Shown one piece after another: positions 8,529 to 18,602 of a DNA stretch of 64,000 bases. Within the stretch, counting starts at the first letter, position 1, and every line of letters starts with the position of its first letter. Where the stretch lies: NCBI GenBank assembly GCA_947649645.1, contig CANSSP010000014.1, positions 7,067 to 71,066 on the forward strand, written 5' to 3'. Source of the DNA: an uncultured Roseburia sp. (GTDB taxonomy: Bacteria; Bacillota; Clostridia; Lachnospirales; Lachnospiraceae). Both the position numbers and the translations under genes were made by a program. The notes beneath the pieces are model-generated. The model was not told the origin of the DNA and did no database searches. It saw only the letters and a program-made list of their open reading frames with translations.

Positions 8529-11189
8529 CTATTTTTTCAAATAAGGAAGCGATCCCTCATAGGCAGAGCTTGCAAGGATGATTTTCAGCATTCGCTTTGC
8601 GCAGGCCTTCAGATCCCCTATGGTAATGGAACACTGCACTTCCTTCTCCGCCGCTCCCACGGAACGGACAATCTCGTCCACATCCTTCTGACTGCCCGGC
8701 ATGATCAGATCATTGCCTGCCTTTATACAGCCCGCGGCGCTGGAGCAATCGTACTTAAACTTCTGCTCCGGATTCATCTCAATACTTCCGGTTGTGCCCC
8801 AGTCGGTCATGACGATTCCCTCAAATCCCCATTCGTCCCTGGCGATCGCCGTCAGCAGATCATAGCTGTTTGCGGTGTGCTCGCCATTGATCAGATTATA
8901 GGAGGTCATAATGGACATCGGCTGAGACGCTTTCACGGCAATCTCAAAACATTTCAGATATATCTCCCGGATCGCGCGCTCTCCCACATGGGAATTGACA
9001 TGCATCCGGTTGTCCTCCTGATTGTTAAACGCAAAGTGCTTGATGGTCGTCCCGACGCCTGGATGCTTCTGCACGCCCATGGTATCCGCAGCCGCACAGA
9101 GCCCCGCCACAAGCGGATCTTCCGAATAATATTCAAAATTCCTGCCGCAGAGTGGATTTCTGTGGATGTTCATGCCGGGCGCCAGCCAGAGCGTCACGCC
9201 GAGCTCTTCCATCTCGCCGCCGACAATATCGCCCGCTTCCTCAATCGCCGCCACGTCCCAGGTCTGCGCGAGCAGCGTTGCGATCGGAATCGCCGTGCAG
9301 TACTGATAATAAGTAACCGCGTCTGCGGGAATCTCTGCCTTCGGCGCTCCGCCGGTGAGAAGCTCCATACCGGGCAGTGCCGCCGCTCCCGTGCCCGGAA
9401 CCTGATCTCCGTTTTTGTCCACCATAAATTCCGTGGAGAGACGCAGACCGGCAGGCCCGTCCGCCAGAACCATATTTCTCACATTACGCTCTTCCATCAA
9501 AATCGGCGTCGTATCTCCAGCCGCTCCCGGACAGACTGCTGACGCCGCCCCGATAACCGAAGTGCCGCCCATGCCGCCCCTTGCGGTTCCGACACAGAGC
9601 TCTGCCATCTCCTCCACGGTAAGCTGTGCCACAAGATCGTCCAGAGACGCCCTGCCGTCCCTCACGTCATCCGCTGTGATCTTCGCGTCTCCTGCCGCGC
9701 CTGTGATATCGGGATTCTCCCCCTGATAAACCGCTTCGACACACGGCACGTCACAGGCCGCGATGCAAAGCCTGGACGCGCTCTCTTTTTCCGCGTCCTC
9801 CCCCTCATAGCCAAACGGAGCCACGCCCTTCGCGGAGAGCGTTTCCATCTCACAATCGAGCGGCAGGCGGCTGGTCAGCTTTTCCGTCACTGCGTCCGCG
9901 TCCAGCACAACTGCGGCGCAGACGTGAGTATGTCTGGAATCGTTCCCCACTCTCACAAAGTAGGTTCCCGCTTCCAGAACCCAGGATGCCTTCTTCTCAT
10001 CATAAGATGCCATACGCGCCGTTGGGTAGGAAATCTCCAGAATCTCACACTCTCCGGGCGCAAGATCCCCCGTCTTTTTATAAGCGGCCAGCTCCTGATA
10101 CGGCTTCTCCAGCGCTCCCTGCGGCGCAGAATAATAGACCTGTACCACTTCCCGGCCAAAATATTCTTTTCCTGTGTTCGTGACCTTCACCTTCACCGAA
10201 ACGTTCTGCGCGTCGGCGGATACTTCTTTTATCTCTGTGGAAAATGTCGTGTAGCCAAGGCCATAACCGAACGGATAGGCGGGCGTCACGTTAAACGTGT
10301 CAAAATAGCGGTAGCCCACATAAATACCTTCTCTGTAGTATTCGTCGTCGACGTCCCCGTTCATATGGCTGAAATCCATCGCGCCCGGATAATCCTCATA
10401 GCACTCCGCCCAGGTGGTGGTAAGTCTGCCGCCCGGCGCCGCTTTTCCGGTCAGCACGTCCGCGAGGGCATATCCGCCGATATTTCCCGCCTGGCTCATC
10501 AAAAGAATTGCGCCGATCCCCTCCACGCTGCGCAGAAACCGGGTATCGATCACGCTTCCCACGTTTAAGACGACGACCAGGTTCTGATACGATTCTGCCA
10601 GAAGACGGATACTTTCTTTTTCCACGTCAAACAGATCATACTCCCCGGCAACCGGCCTTCTGTCCTTCCCCTCGCCGGAATTGCGGGCGAGGACAAAAAT
10701 CGCAGTGTCTGTATCCGTCCCGGCGATGTCTTCCTGCGTCACTGGAATCATGGGCGGCTCCATAAACGGGTCGGTAAACATTTTCATAAAAGCAGCTATA
10801 CCGCCCTTTTCCGCAGCTTTTTTTATCTCCGCAAAATAAGCCGTTCTGGCCGTTTCTACTTTTTCGTCGTACCGGTCCATCCACTCTGCGGTCGTCACGG
10901 TAAACCCGGCCTCCTTAAGTCCCTGTTCCACGTTGACCACAAAACGGCTGTTCACATCGCCGGAACCTGTGCCGCCTTTTACCGTTCTCCTGGCGCCGTT
11001 GCCGAAAACGGCAATCTTCTTCCCCGTGTCCCTGATCGGCAGAACTCCGTTATTTGAGAGCAGCACCATCCCCTGAGATGCTATTTTTCTGGAACGCTCC
11101 ATATTCCGCTTCTCCCGCTCGCTGACCCCGGGATTTGTCGCAGCAAAAAATCTTGCCATCGTCATCACCTCTCTGCTTATTTTATCCAC
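8529..11189 (-). CDS. Glycoside hydrolase family 3 enzyme (beta-glucosidase/xylosidase type) with permuted domain order
   Basis: The GH3 catalytic-domain motifs KHFAFNNQE and GIVMTDWG (nucleophile Asp) lie near the C-terminus. The alpha/beta sandwich domain and the FnIII-like domain (VKVTNTGKEYFGREVVQVYY) come first. The likely true start is the third ATG (MARFF, about 11159), after GAGGTG. Confidence 0.85.
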   Translation of the reverse strand: MDKISREVMTMARFFAATNPGVSEREKRNMERSRKIASQGMVLLSNNGVLPIRDTGKKIAVFGNGARRTVKGGTGSGDVNSRFVVNVEQGLKEAGFTVTTAEWMDRYDEKVETARTAYFAEIKKAAEKGGIAAFMKMFTDPFMEPPMIPVTQEDIAGTDTDTAIFVLARNSGEGKDRRPVAGEYDLFDVEKESIRLLAESYQNLVVVLNVGSVIDTRFLRSVEGIGAILLMSQAGNIGGYALADVLTGKAAPGGRLTTTWAECYEDYPGAMDFSHMNGDVDDEYYREGIYVGYRYFDTFNVTPAYPFGYGLGYTTFSTEIKEVSADAQNVSVKVKVTNTGKEYFGREVVQVYYSAPQGALEKPYQELAAYKKTGDLAPGECEILEISYPTARMASYDEKKASWVLEAGTYFVRVGNDSRHTHVCAAVVLDADAVTEKLTSRLPLDCEMETLSAKGVAPFGYEGEDAEKESASRLCIAACDVPCVEAVYQGENPDITGAAGDAKITADDVRDGRASLDDLVAQLTVEEMAELCVGTARGGMGGTSVIGAASAVCPGAAGDTTPILMEERNVRNMVLADGPAGLRLSTEFMVDKNGDQVPGTGAAALPGMELLTGGAPKAEIPADAVTYYQYCTAIPIATLLAQTWDVAAIEEAGDIVGGEMEELGVTLWLAPGMNIHRNPLCGRNFEYYSEDPLVAGLCAAADTMGVQKHPGVGTTIKHFAFNNQEDNRMHVNSHVGERAIREIYLKCFEIAVKASQPMSIMTSYNLINGEHTANSYDLLTAIARDEWGFEGIVMTDWGTTGSIEMNPEQKFKYDCSSAAGCIKAGNDLIMPGSQKDVDEIVRSVGAAEKEVQCSITIGDLKACAKRMLKIILASSAYEGSLPYLKK

Positions 11190-11287
11190 TGTCGGATAGA
11201 CCTATTGTACCATATTTTTCCGAAAGGTGTGTCTGCTAATTGTGAAAAATGTATAAAAAAATTTCCATCCTTTTATGGATGATCCTT

Positions 11288-13300
11288 TTATTCTGCCTGT
11301 ATCTGTCCGTACTGTTTCCCCTCCCGGTAAGCACGCCACACATTCTCAAAGAAATCATCCTCACAGGGCAGCGGACGCACAGGTCTCCAGAAAAATGTCA
11401 CACGCCCTCTGTCGTACAGGGCCTCCTGCACAAGACCGCCGCGGCTTCCGTCGTCGGGAACAAAAGTAAACAGATCCGGAAGCTCCTCATACGGCTTCTC
11501 TCCGGCGGCATCTGTATACAGAGCGCTCCCACGGCTCTTCCCTCCCTGTTCCACGTAATCCAGCATGGCGCTTAAATATACCTTCTGGCTGATCAGCATA
11601 TCACGCAGACGGTAAACCCAGGGCAGCTCTTTTACGTCACGGGCGCGGACAAGGTCTTTGTAAGAATCCAGCCATTCATCTACCTGCTTTAAATATTGTC
11701 CGATTTCAGTACTGCTGCGGATTGCGGCGCCGCACACACTCATCTGCGCAGAGGCCTCTTTCCAGAGTTTTTTCACATTTCCTTCTTCCCCGGTAAGACA
11801 GGACAACAGTCTGCCCATTTCCACGAGGGCTCCACGCGCCGCCGCGTCAAACCTTAAGGCTTCACTTCCTCTGCCGCTCCGCCGTGCGGCAATATACTGT
11901 GCGGCCCTTGTACTTCCCACCTGTCCGGCATTGAGCGCCGTGCCGCCGGGACGGTAAACTCCATGGCTGGCGCTCACCTCTCCCGCCGCAAAAAATCCTT
12001 CCACATTCGTCTGCCACCAGCAGTCAACGGAGAGCCCGCCGTTGTTGTGCTGCGCGCACAGGTCGATCTCCAGCGGCTGCCACGACAGATCCACGCCCCT
12101 CTCCCTGTAAAATTCCACCGCGGGCGCATTCATGTGGACAAGCCGCTCATAAGGCGTGCCGAAACAGGCCCCGGCGCGTTTTAAATACTCTCCGGCCTCC
12201 GCGCCAAGCGCCTCATAAGAAAAAGCTTTTCCGCACGGATTCATCCGGTAATCCAGATAGACCTTCCGCCCCTTTTTCTTTTCCAGAAAAACCAGAATAT
12301 CAATGATCGAACTCCCGTCCGCCACCTTGCGCACGTCAAAAGGCCACTGATAGCCTTTTAAAAACAGACGGTTTAACAGTTCTGACGGCGTCTGAAAAAA
12401 ATCGGCAAGAAATTCCCGCTCGTCGGTCCCGTCCGCTTTCGCGGAATACATTCTGGGCAGCACCTGCATATAAGTGCCCGACACATTCCAGCGAGGTTTT
12501 ACGGATGAGAGGCCATACTGCCACTCCGTTAAGTTTTTTCCTTTTACGCCGGCCTCAAACGCCAGGCCGCTCGCACCGTAATGGCCTGCAGGATAAACGC
12601 TGCCTGCATACATTCCGGCCGGGCCGCCCGTGGCATATACAATATTTCTGCTCTGCACAAGCACAAAATAATCCTGCTGTGTGCGCGCCGTCGTATCCAG
12701 GCAGAGGAGACCATATACCATATTCCCGTCACTTAAAATCCGGATCACCTGCATATGGTCAAGAAGACACACACCTTTTTCCAAAACAGCCGCTTCCAGG
12801 CGTTCTGTCATCTGTCTGCTGGTATAAGGCCCGACGCTCGTGGCCCGTTTTCCCGGATCGTGATCCGTCTTATAGCCGACATACTCCCCATACCGGTTCT
12901 GCGGAAACGGCACCCCCAGCTCCACAAGCTTAAAAAAGCTCTGTGTCGAAAGGGCTGCTTCGCAGAGCGCAAGATCGCCGTCGACGCACTGCCCCTCAAA
13001 CAGCGTCCGCGCCATCTGGCCCACGCTCTCGCCGTCCGCTCCCGAAAGCGAAAGCTTGTAATATGTCTGTTTATCACTGCCGGTGTTGCGGCTGGTTCCG
13101 GCCAGACGATTTTCCGTCACAATCAGAATATCTTTCTGCCCTGCCTGCAACAGGCGGTCGGCCGCGTTGTAGCCTGCCGCCCCCGTGCCCACGACAACGG
13201 TATTGCACACAAACAGCCGGGCCGAAAAACCTTCGCTCTCAAACCGCATATCCGGCAGACATTTCCCCTGTACCTTTCTCTCGTCCATACTTTTCCTCAT
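11288..13300 (-). CDS. FAD-dependent oxidoreductase (fumarate reductase/L-aspartate oxidase flavoprotein-like)
   Basis: An N-terminal dinucleotide fold is present (VVVGTGAAGYNAADRL) and the protein is a 670-aa flavoprotein-like sequence. It is the last gene of the catabolic locus. Confidence 0.7.
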   Translation of the reverse strand: MRKSMDERKVQGKCLPDMRFESEGFSARLFVCNTVVVGTGAAGYNAADRLLQAGQKDILIVTENRLAGTSRNTGSDKQTYYKLSLSGADGESVGQMARTLFEGQCVDGDLALCEAALSTQSFFKLVELGVPFPQNRYGEYVGYKTDHDPGKRATSVGPYTSRQMTERLEAAVLEKGVCLLDHMQVIRILSDGNMVYGLLCLDTTARTQQDYFVLVQSRNIVYATGGPAGMYAGSVYPAGHYGASGLAFEAGVKGKNLTEWQYGLSSVKPRWNVSGTYMQVLPRMYSAKADGTDEREFLADFFQTPSELLNRLFLKGYQWPFDVRKVADGSSIIDILVFLEKKKGRKVYLDYRMNPCGKAFSYEALGAEAGEYLKRAGACFGTPYERLVHMNAPAVEFYRERGVDLSWQPLEIDLCAQHNNGGLSVDCWWQTNVEGFFAAGEVSASHGVYRPGGTALNAGQVGSTRAAQYIAARRSGRGSEALRFDAAARGALVEMGRLLSCLTGEEGNVKKLWKEASAQMSVCGAAIRSSTEIGQYLKQVDEWLDSYKDLVRARDVKELPWVYRLRDMLISQKVYLSAMLDYVEQGGKSRGSALYTDAAGEKPYEELPDLFTFVPDDGSRGGLVQEALYDRGRVTFFWRPVRPLPCEDDFFENVWRAYREGKQYGQIQAE

Positions 13301-13329
13301 TTCTGTGCCGGCTTTGTGTTCCTTGCACT

Positions 13330-14112
13330 TTACAGCCTCTTAATGTGAAAACCACCGTCCACATCGATATAATTTCCTGTGGTGTAGAGAAAATCATCCC
13401 CCGCAAATGCAGAAACCGCACCCGCGATATCCTCCGGCGTTCCCCAGCGCGCGATCGGAAATGCCCCTTCTGCAATCAGCCTGTCATACTTATCCTTTAC
13501 CGTGCTCGTCATGTCGGTCGCGATCACACCCGGCCGTATCTCATGCACAAAAATCCCCTCTTTGGCAAGGCGGTCCGCATACAGCGTCGTCAGCATGGAC
13601 ATGCCCGCTTTGGATACACAGTATTCGCCGCGATTTATGCTGCTGACCTCCGCGGAACAGGAAGAAATATTGATAATGGTTCCCCGTTTGCGCCCGTTCA
13701 TCTCCTGCGAAATCATCTGTTTTGCCACGGCCTGCGTCAGAAACATTGTCCCTTTCGTATTGATACCGACCACGCGGTCAAAGCTTTCCTCCGTCATCTC
13801 AAGAAGATCGGCCCGGGCAGCCGGAGCCACTCCCGCGTTATTGACCAGAACGTCGATTCTCCCGAACGCTCTCACCGTCTCGTCCACCAGCCGCAGACGG
13901 TCTTCACATTTTCCCACATCCGCCTGCACATACAGATATTCCGTCCCGTCTTCCTTAAGCTCCTTAAGTGCGTCTTTATTCTTCTCCCTGTTCCCGGTGG
14001 CCACAATGACCACCGCAAATCCGTCCCTCCCAAGACGGCGCGCAATCCCAAACCCGATTCCCCGGCTGCTGCCGGTAATGATAGCCGTTTTCTTTGTCAT
14101 GATTCCCTCCAT
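13330..14112 (-). CDS. SDR-family oxidoreductase
   Basis: The cofactor motif TGSSRGIGFGIA and the catalytic motif YCVSKAG (YxxxK) are present. Length is 260 aa. Confidence 0.85.
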   Translation of the reverse strand: MEGIMTKKTAIITGSSRGIGFGIARRLGRDGFAVVIVATGNREKNKDALKELKEDGTEYLYVQADVGKCEDRLRLVDETVRAFGRIDVLVNNAGVAPAARADLLEMTEESFDRVVGINTKGTMFLTQAVAKQMISQEMNGRKRGTIINISSCSAEVSSINRGEYCVSKAGMSMLTTLYADRLAKEGIFVHEIRPGVIATDMTSTVKDKYDRLIAEGAFPIARWGTPEDIAGAVSAFAGDDFLYTTGNYIDVDGGFHIKRL

Positions 14113-14182
14113 GATTCCGCACTGCGGAATCTTAAATTCGCATAAGTACCGTCATCCGGCGCCAAAAAATCCTTCTCACGCT

Positions 14183-15538
14183 TCAGCCCCGGAAATTTGC
14201 GGGCAATGTTTTCTTTGTTTCCAGAAACTCCTGATAAAAAGGCCGGAATGTTTCCGCATCGCGCACCACGCATCCGGTCGGCTTGTGCGCACGGATCAGG
14301 TCGCCGCACATCCCACACGTCATGCAGACACGCCCGGCGTCGATGCGCCCGTTTTTCACGATCTCATTCGCAAAGTCCGGATCTGCAAACGCCATCCTGC
14401 CGAAAAGCATGCCGTCGCACAGCCCTGCTTCCACCGCACCTGCCGTGTACAGATCCGCGTACTGACGCAGATAACTGGGCGCCGAAGCAAAAATGCACAT
14501 TCCGGGAACCGCCTTCTTCACCGCACCGATACCGTTAATCATGCGGTCTATCCCGACAAAGGGATGCTCGTCCGGAAGATATTTTCCCGCATCGTACGGC
14601 CTTGTGACATGTGTGCTCGCATACGGATTTCCCATCGTAAGATTGACAAGACCCAGCCCGTATTCCTCATGTAGCTGACGCACAAGACGCACAGGCTCCG
14701 TCAGATCGGGAGAAAGCCCGCTTTCCGGATTCACGCCGAACCCGTAAGGATAAGGATAACCGTCATAAATCCCCAGACGGCAGGTCACCATAAAAATGTC
14801 ATTTTCATATACTTTTGCCGCCCGGATGCCGTTTTTTAACAGGCGGGTGCGGTTTTCATAACTCCCGCCATATTGTCCCGGACGATGATACGCGGAAGTG
14901 AGCTCCGTCACCAGATAACCATGGCAGGATTTGATATCCACCGCGTCGAATCCTGCTTCTCTTGCCAGCTTCGCCGCCTCTCCGAACTTCTCTTCCAGGC
15001 TTTTTAAATAATCGTCGCTCACAATGCAGGAATCATCTGCCGGACGATATTCCTCCAGCATGGGATTGCGATAGGCGATCAGAGGTGCCGGACGATTGCC
15101 CGGGTTAGAATACCGGCCGCTGTGATTTGCCTGCATCACCAGATACGGAGCATAACCGTTGGCTTTTCTCCCCGCCTCTTTCACCTTTTCCGTCAGCTCC
15201 TTATAACTCTCCAGCGTATCTTTCGTCAGAAGAAGCTGCGTCTGCGAAGACCGCCCTTCTTCCACAATGGAAATCGCCTCAAACCAGATCACGGCGCTTC
15301 CGCCTTCCGCTTCCCTGACATAGCGGCGCGTGGTGTACTCCGACGGGCGTCCGTCCGGCGCAGAGTCCGCGCCCTCCATCGGCGCGATGCCAAGGCGGTT
15401 CGGGAACGTGATGTTTTTCACCGTAAGCGGCTCCGCGAGGATATGCGTATCTGCCGCAAATGGCAGGTGCAGTCCCAGTTCCTTCACTTTCGCCCTGACC
15501 TCGTCGATTGATTTATAGTGAAATCGTTCATGTGCCAT
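14183..15538 (-). CDS. NADH:flavin oxidoreductase (Old Yellow Enzyme family) with a C-terminal Cys cluster
   Basis: OYE-like TIM-barrel motifs are present (PMEGADS, SCHGYLVTEL). A C-terminal cluster reads CMTCGMCGD...GC. Confidence 0.75.
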   Translation of the reverse strand: MAHERFHYKSIDEVRAKVKELGLHLPFAADTHILAEPLTVKNITFPNRLGIAPMEGADSAPDGRPSEYTTRRYVREAEGGSAVIWFEAISIVEEGRSSQTQLLLTKDTLESYKELTEKVKEAGRKANGYAPYLVMQANHSGRYSNPGNRPAPLIAYRNPMLEEYRPADDSCIVSDDYLKSLEEKFGEAAKLAREAGFDAVDIKSCHGYLVTELTSAYHRPGQYGGSYENRTRLLKNGIRAAKVYENDIFMVTCRLGIYDGYPYPYGFGVNPESGLSPDLTEPVRLVRQLHEEYGLGLVNLTMGNPYASTHVTRPYDAGKYLPDEHPFVGIDRMINGIGAVKKAVPGMCIFASAPSYLRQYADLYTAGAVEAGLCDGMLFGRMAFADPDFANEIVKNGRIDAGRVCMTCGMCGDLIRAHKPTGCVVRDAETFRPFYQEFLETKKTLPANFRG

Positions 15539-15562
15539 ACCATTTCCTCCTTTTCCGTCTCC

Positions 15563-16591
15563 CTATGGTTTCACGACGACCTTAATGCTTCCCGCCGCAG
15601 GATCCAGCGCCGTATCGAGCGCCTCCTTAAGCTGTTCCAGCGGAAAGGTGTGCGTGATCAGTTTCTCCATGGGAAGGTCGCGCGCCGCGGCGATGGCGAC
15701 CGGGAAATCCCAGCAATACCCCTGCGCCCCCTGTATCCGTATCTCATGCGTGATCAGACGGCCCGCCGGAAATGTGACCATCGGTTTTTCAAAAATACCG
15801 ATCTGCGTCGCCAGGCCGTTGCGCCTTAACGTCAGAATCGCCTGCAGAAAACAGCTCTCCCTCCCGACGCACTCAAAACTCTTGTCGACGCCCCGGCCGC
15901 CGGTAAGCCTGAAAACTGCTTCGGCCAGATCCGCCGTTGCGCTGTTTACCGTCTCTGTCGCCCCGATCTGGCCCGCAAGCGAAAGACGACTGTCCGAAAT
16001 ATCCGCAATGATCACCTGTGCCGCGCCGCTGCGGCGGCACATCGCGGCCACCATCATACCGATCGCGCCCGCACCGATCACAAGTACACTCTCTCCGAGC
16101 CCGACCTGCGCCCTGCGGACGGCATGCGTTGCAACGGAAAGCGGCTCGATCAGAGCGCCTGTCTCATAGCTTAAATACTCCGGAAGCTCATACACATAAG
16201 GCTCTTTCACAATCACATAATCCGCCATCGCCCCGTCTCCGTTGCGGTAGGTAAAACTGATGTTTTCACAATATCCGTAATCTCCGTGACGGCAGGCGTC
16301 ACATTTTCCACAGACGATACAGGGCTCCACAGTCACACGCTGTCCGCACCTTATTTTCGTGACCGCCTCCCCCACCGCTGCGATATCACCGGAAAATTCA
16401 TGACCGATCGTCACCGGCAGCGGCGCCGATGGATGCAGACCGCGCGCGATGTGCAGATCGCTCCCACAGATTGCGCTCGCCCGCACCTTCACCAGCACCT
16501 CATCCGGTCCCGGTTCTCTGATCTCCCTCTCCAGAAAGCGGACCTTAAACGGCTCATAAACCTCTCCGACCCGGTTGATTCTTCTATTCAT
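15563..16591 (-). CDS. Zinc-dependent alcohol/polyol dehydrogenase (MDR family)
   Basis: The catalytic zinc motif is GHEFSGDIAAVGE and the structural zinc cluster is CGKCDACRHGDYGYC. The Rossmann motif is VIGAGAIGMM. Confidence 0.85.
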   Translation of the reverse strand: MNRRINRVGEVYEPFKVRFLEREIREPGPDEVLVKVRASAICGSDLHIARGLHPSAPLPVTIGHEFSGDIAAVGEAVTKIRCGQRVTVEPCIVCGKCDACRHGDYGYCENISFTYRNGDGAMADYVIVKEPYVYELPEYLSYETGALIEPLSVATHAVRRAQVGLGESVLVIGAGAIGMMVAAMCRRSGAAQVIIADISDSRLSLAGQIGATETVNSATADLAEAVFRLTGGRGVDKSFECVGRESCFLQAILTLRRNGLATQIGIFEKPMVTFPAGRLITHEIRIQGAQGYCWDFPVAIAAARDLPMEKLITHTFPLEQLKEALDTALDPAAGSIKVVVKP

Positions 16592-17436
16592 CTCATTTGT
16601 CTCCTGTCAAAATACTGTTTCAGATAGTCAACGCCTGCTTTTGCCAGCGCATCGGGCTCTTCGTGAACCTGAATCCAGCTTGCATCCAGACTTCCGGCCA
16701 CGAACGTCTCCATTGTGATATGGCCCGCATAATGATATTTTACCAGCAGATCCATCACAGCGTCCCAGGGCACAATGCCTTCCCCGGGCGCTCCCCGGTT
16801 ACTGGCGCACGCATGAAAATGGCTGACCATTCCCGCTCTCAGCGCTTCCTCAAGCGCCCCCGTCAGATCTTTCTCCTCCAGGCAGGCGTGATATGTGTCA
16901 AACAACAGCCCGGCGTTCTGGCAATCCATCTCATCCAGCATCGCAAGAACCTGTCCTGCCGTGTTGGCCACGCTGGTGCGGTAACGGTTCACCGGCTCCA
17001 CTGCAAGCTCCATGCCGCACGCAGACGCCCGGCGCGCAAGCTCTTTTAACCCTGCCACCGCCAGCTCCCATTCCCTTTTTTTATCGTCCTCCGAAAGCCG
17101 GTGTCTCTTGCCACCGCCTGCATACAAAGGTCCGCAGAGCACGGAGGCATTCAGCCGCTCCCCCGCCTTAAGACAGGCGGTCAGATAATCCATCGTATCA
17201 CGCCGTACCTGCCCGTCAAAACTGGAAAGATCCCTTCCCGGCCCTAAAGCTGCGCATAAAGACACCGCAAGGCCGTTTTCCTTTATCTCTTCTTCCAGCG
17301 CCCGGCTGACAACAGGCTGCGTCATCGGCAGTTCGACCGCGGTAAACCCCAGCCGTGCCGCCCGCGCAGGCAGTCCGGAACATGCGTCCGAAAGCTCTCC
17401 CTGCCAGTTCCACAGACTGATTCCCAATTTGTTCAT
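16588..17436 (-). CDS. Sugar phosphate isomerase/epimerase (xylose-isomerase-like TIM barrel)
   Basis: The length and conserved pattern are typical of AP-endonuclease-2/TIM-barrel isomerases (MNKLGISLWNW..., ...FDTYHA...). The stop overlaps the next gene's start by 4 nt. The start is chosen at M13 of the track ORF, but ATG 17463 is also possible. Confidence 0.7.
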   Translation of the reverse strand: MNKLGISLWNWQGELSDACSGLPARAARLGFTAVELPMTQPVVSRALEEEIKENGLAVSLCAALGPGRDLSSFDGQVRRDTMDYLTACLKAGERLNASVLCGPLYAGGGKRHRLSEDDKKREWELAVAGLKELARRASACGMELAVEPVNRYRTSVANTAGQVLAMLDEMDCQNAGLLFDTYHACLEEKDLTGALEEALRAGMVSHFHACASNRGAPGEGIVPWDAVMDLLVKYHYAGHITMETFVAGSLDASWIQVHEEPDALAKAGVDYLKQYFDRRQMR

Positions 17437-17546
17437 ATCTTCTCTCTTTTCTGCGCAGCTCATTTGTGCCAATTCCGAACAGGAAAAACGAGAAACACGT
17501 CTGACAGGCCATAAGATGCTGCGCTGACACAGACCTGTGGTCCGGG

Positions 17547-18560
17547 CTATCTCGTCGACCGGCGTATCACCAGCTCCACCCGCAGTGTATTGCAGACCGG
17601 AACCGGCAGCCTTTCATTTTTTTCCTTATAATCGATCTGATGTATCAGCGTCTGCGCCGCCACGGCCCCCATTTCGTAAAGCGGCTGTGAAACCGTCGAG
17701 AGCGGCGGCTCCACCATCGAAGCCAGCGTTACATTGTCAAACCCCAGCACAGAGACATCTTCCGGAATCCGGATTCCCATATCGTGCAGTGCATGCATGA
17801 TCACAAACGCTTTCGGGTCGCTGCTCGCAAAAATGGCGTCCGGCGGATCCGGCTGTGCCATCATCTCTTTTGTCATTGAATAAAAACTGTCCACACCACA
17901 GTTTTCACGCATAATAAACCGTTCCTCAGGCTCCATTCCATGATCTTTTAAGGCCTGTGCATAGGCGCGGTAACGCTCTCTGTACAAAAAAAGCTGTTCC
18001 CTGCCCTGTGCATAGCTGATGCGCTTATGTCCCGTGCGGATCAGATAGCGCACCGCATCATAGGCCGCCTGATAATTGTCCACGGAAACCGTGTCCAGTG
18101 TACCAATATCCTGCTCTTCAAAGCGGTTGACAAGCACTACCGGAAATCCTTCGTCGCGCAGCCTGTGTATGTACTCCGGATCTCCCATTTTCGAACAGAT
18201 CACAAATCCGTCAATCCAGCGCGCCTTCATTTTCTCCACACAGGCTCTGTCCCTGGCCGGATCCTCATCCGTGTTGCAGAGAACGACGCTGAAGCCGTTT
18301 TTCCAGGCCGTATCCTCCACCCCTTTTGTAATCTCCGGAAAAATAAGGTTTTCAATAGAGGGAACCATGATGCAGAGCGTATTGCTGCGCCCCCTCTTTA
18401 AATTCTGCGCCACTGCATTTGGCCGGTAATTTGTCTGCCGGATTGCTTCCAGCACCCGCTTTCTGGTCTCCTCATTCACGACACTTTTCCCGTTTACCAC
18501 CCTGGAAACCGTGCTGATGGATACCCCCGCAATATTTGCGACTTCCTTGATATTGGTCAT
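17547..18560 (-). CDS. LacI-family transcriptional regulator
   Basis: The N-terminal HTH is MTNIKEVANIAGVSISTVSRVVNG. It is followed by a periplasmic-binding-protein-like sugar-binding core. GGGAAGGGAAG precedes the ATG. Confidence 0.9.
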   Translation of the reverse strand: MTNIKEVANIAGVSISTVSRVVNGKSVVNEETRKRVLEAIRQTNYRPNAVAQNLKRGRSNTLCIMVPSIENLIFPEITKGVEDTAWKNGFSVVLCNTDEDPARDRACVEKMKARWIDGFVICSKMGDPEYIHRLRDEGFPVVLVNRFEEQDIGTLDTVSVDNYQAAYDAVRYLIRTGHKRISYAQGREQLFLYRERYRAYAQALKDHGMEPEERFIMRENCGVDSFYSMTKEMMAQPDPPDAIFASSDPKAFVIMHALHDMGIRIPEDVSVLGFDNVTLASMVEPPLSTVSQPLYEMGAVAAQTLIHQIDYKEKNERLPVPVCNTLRVELVIRRSTR

Positions 18561-18602
18561 CTTCCCTTCCCCCTGGCTTTTGTATGGCACATCCGCCGGC
18601 TG

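Noticed and set aside
8376-9542. Long antisense ORFs opposite well-supported genes. These include 8376-9542 (388 aa), 12943-14145 (400 aa), 13502-14674 (390 aa), 30167-31390 (407 aa), 42852-43784 (310 aa), 1922-2662, 18636-19526 and 55282-56004.
   Set aside because: Their products are R/P/H/S-rich low-complexity sequences without motifs. Each is fully overlapped by an opposite-strand gene carrying clear catalytic or structural motifs. This is the usual shadow-ORF effect in GC-rich coding DNA.
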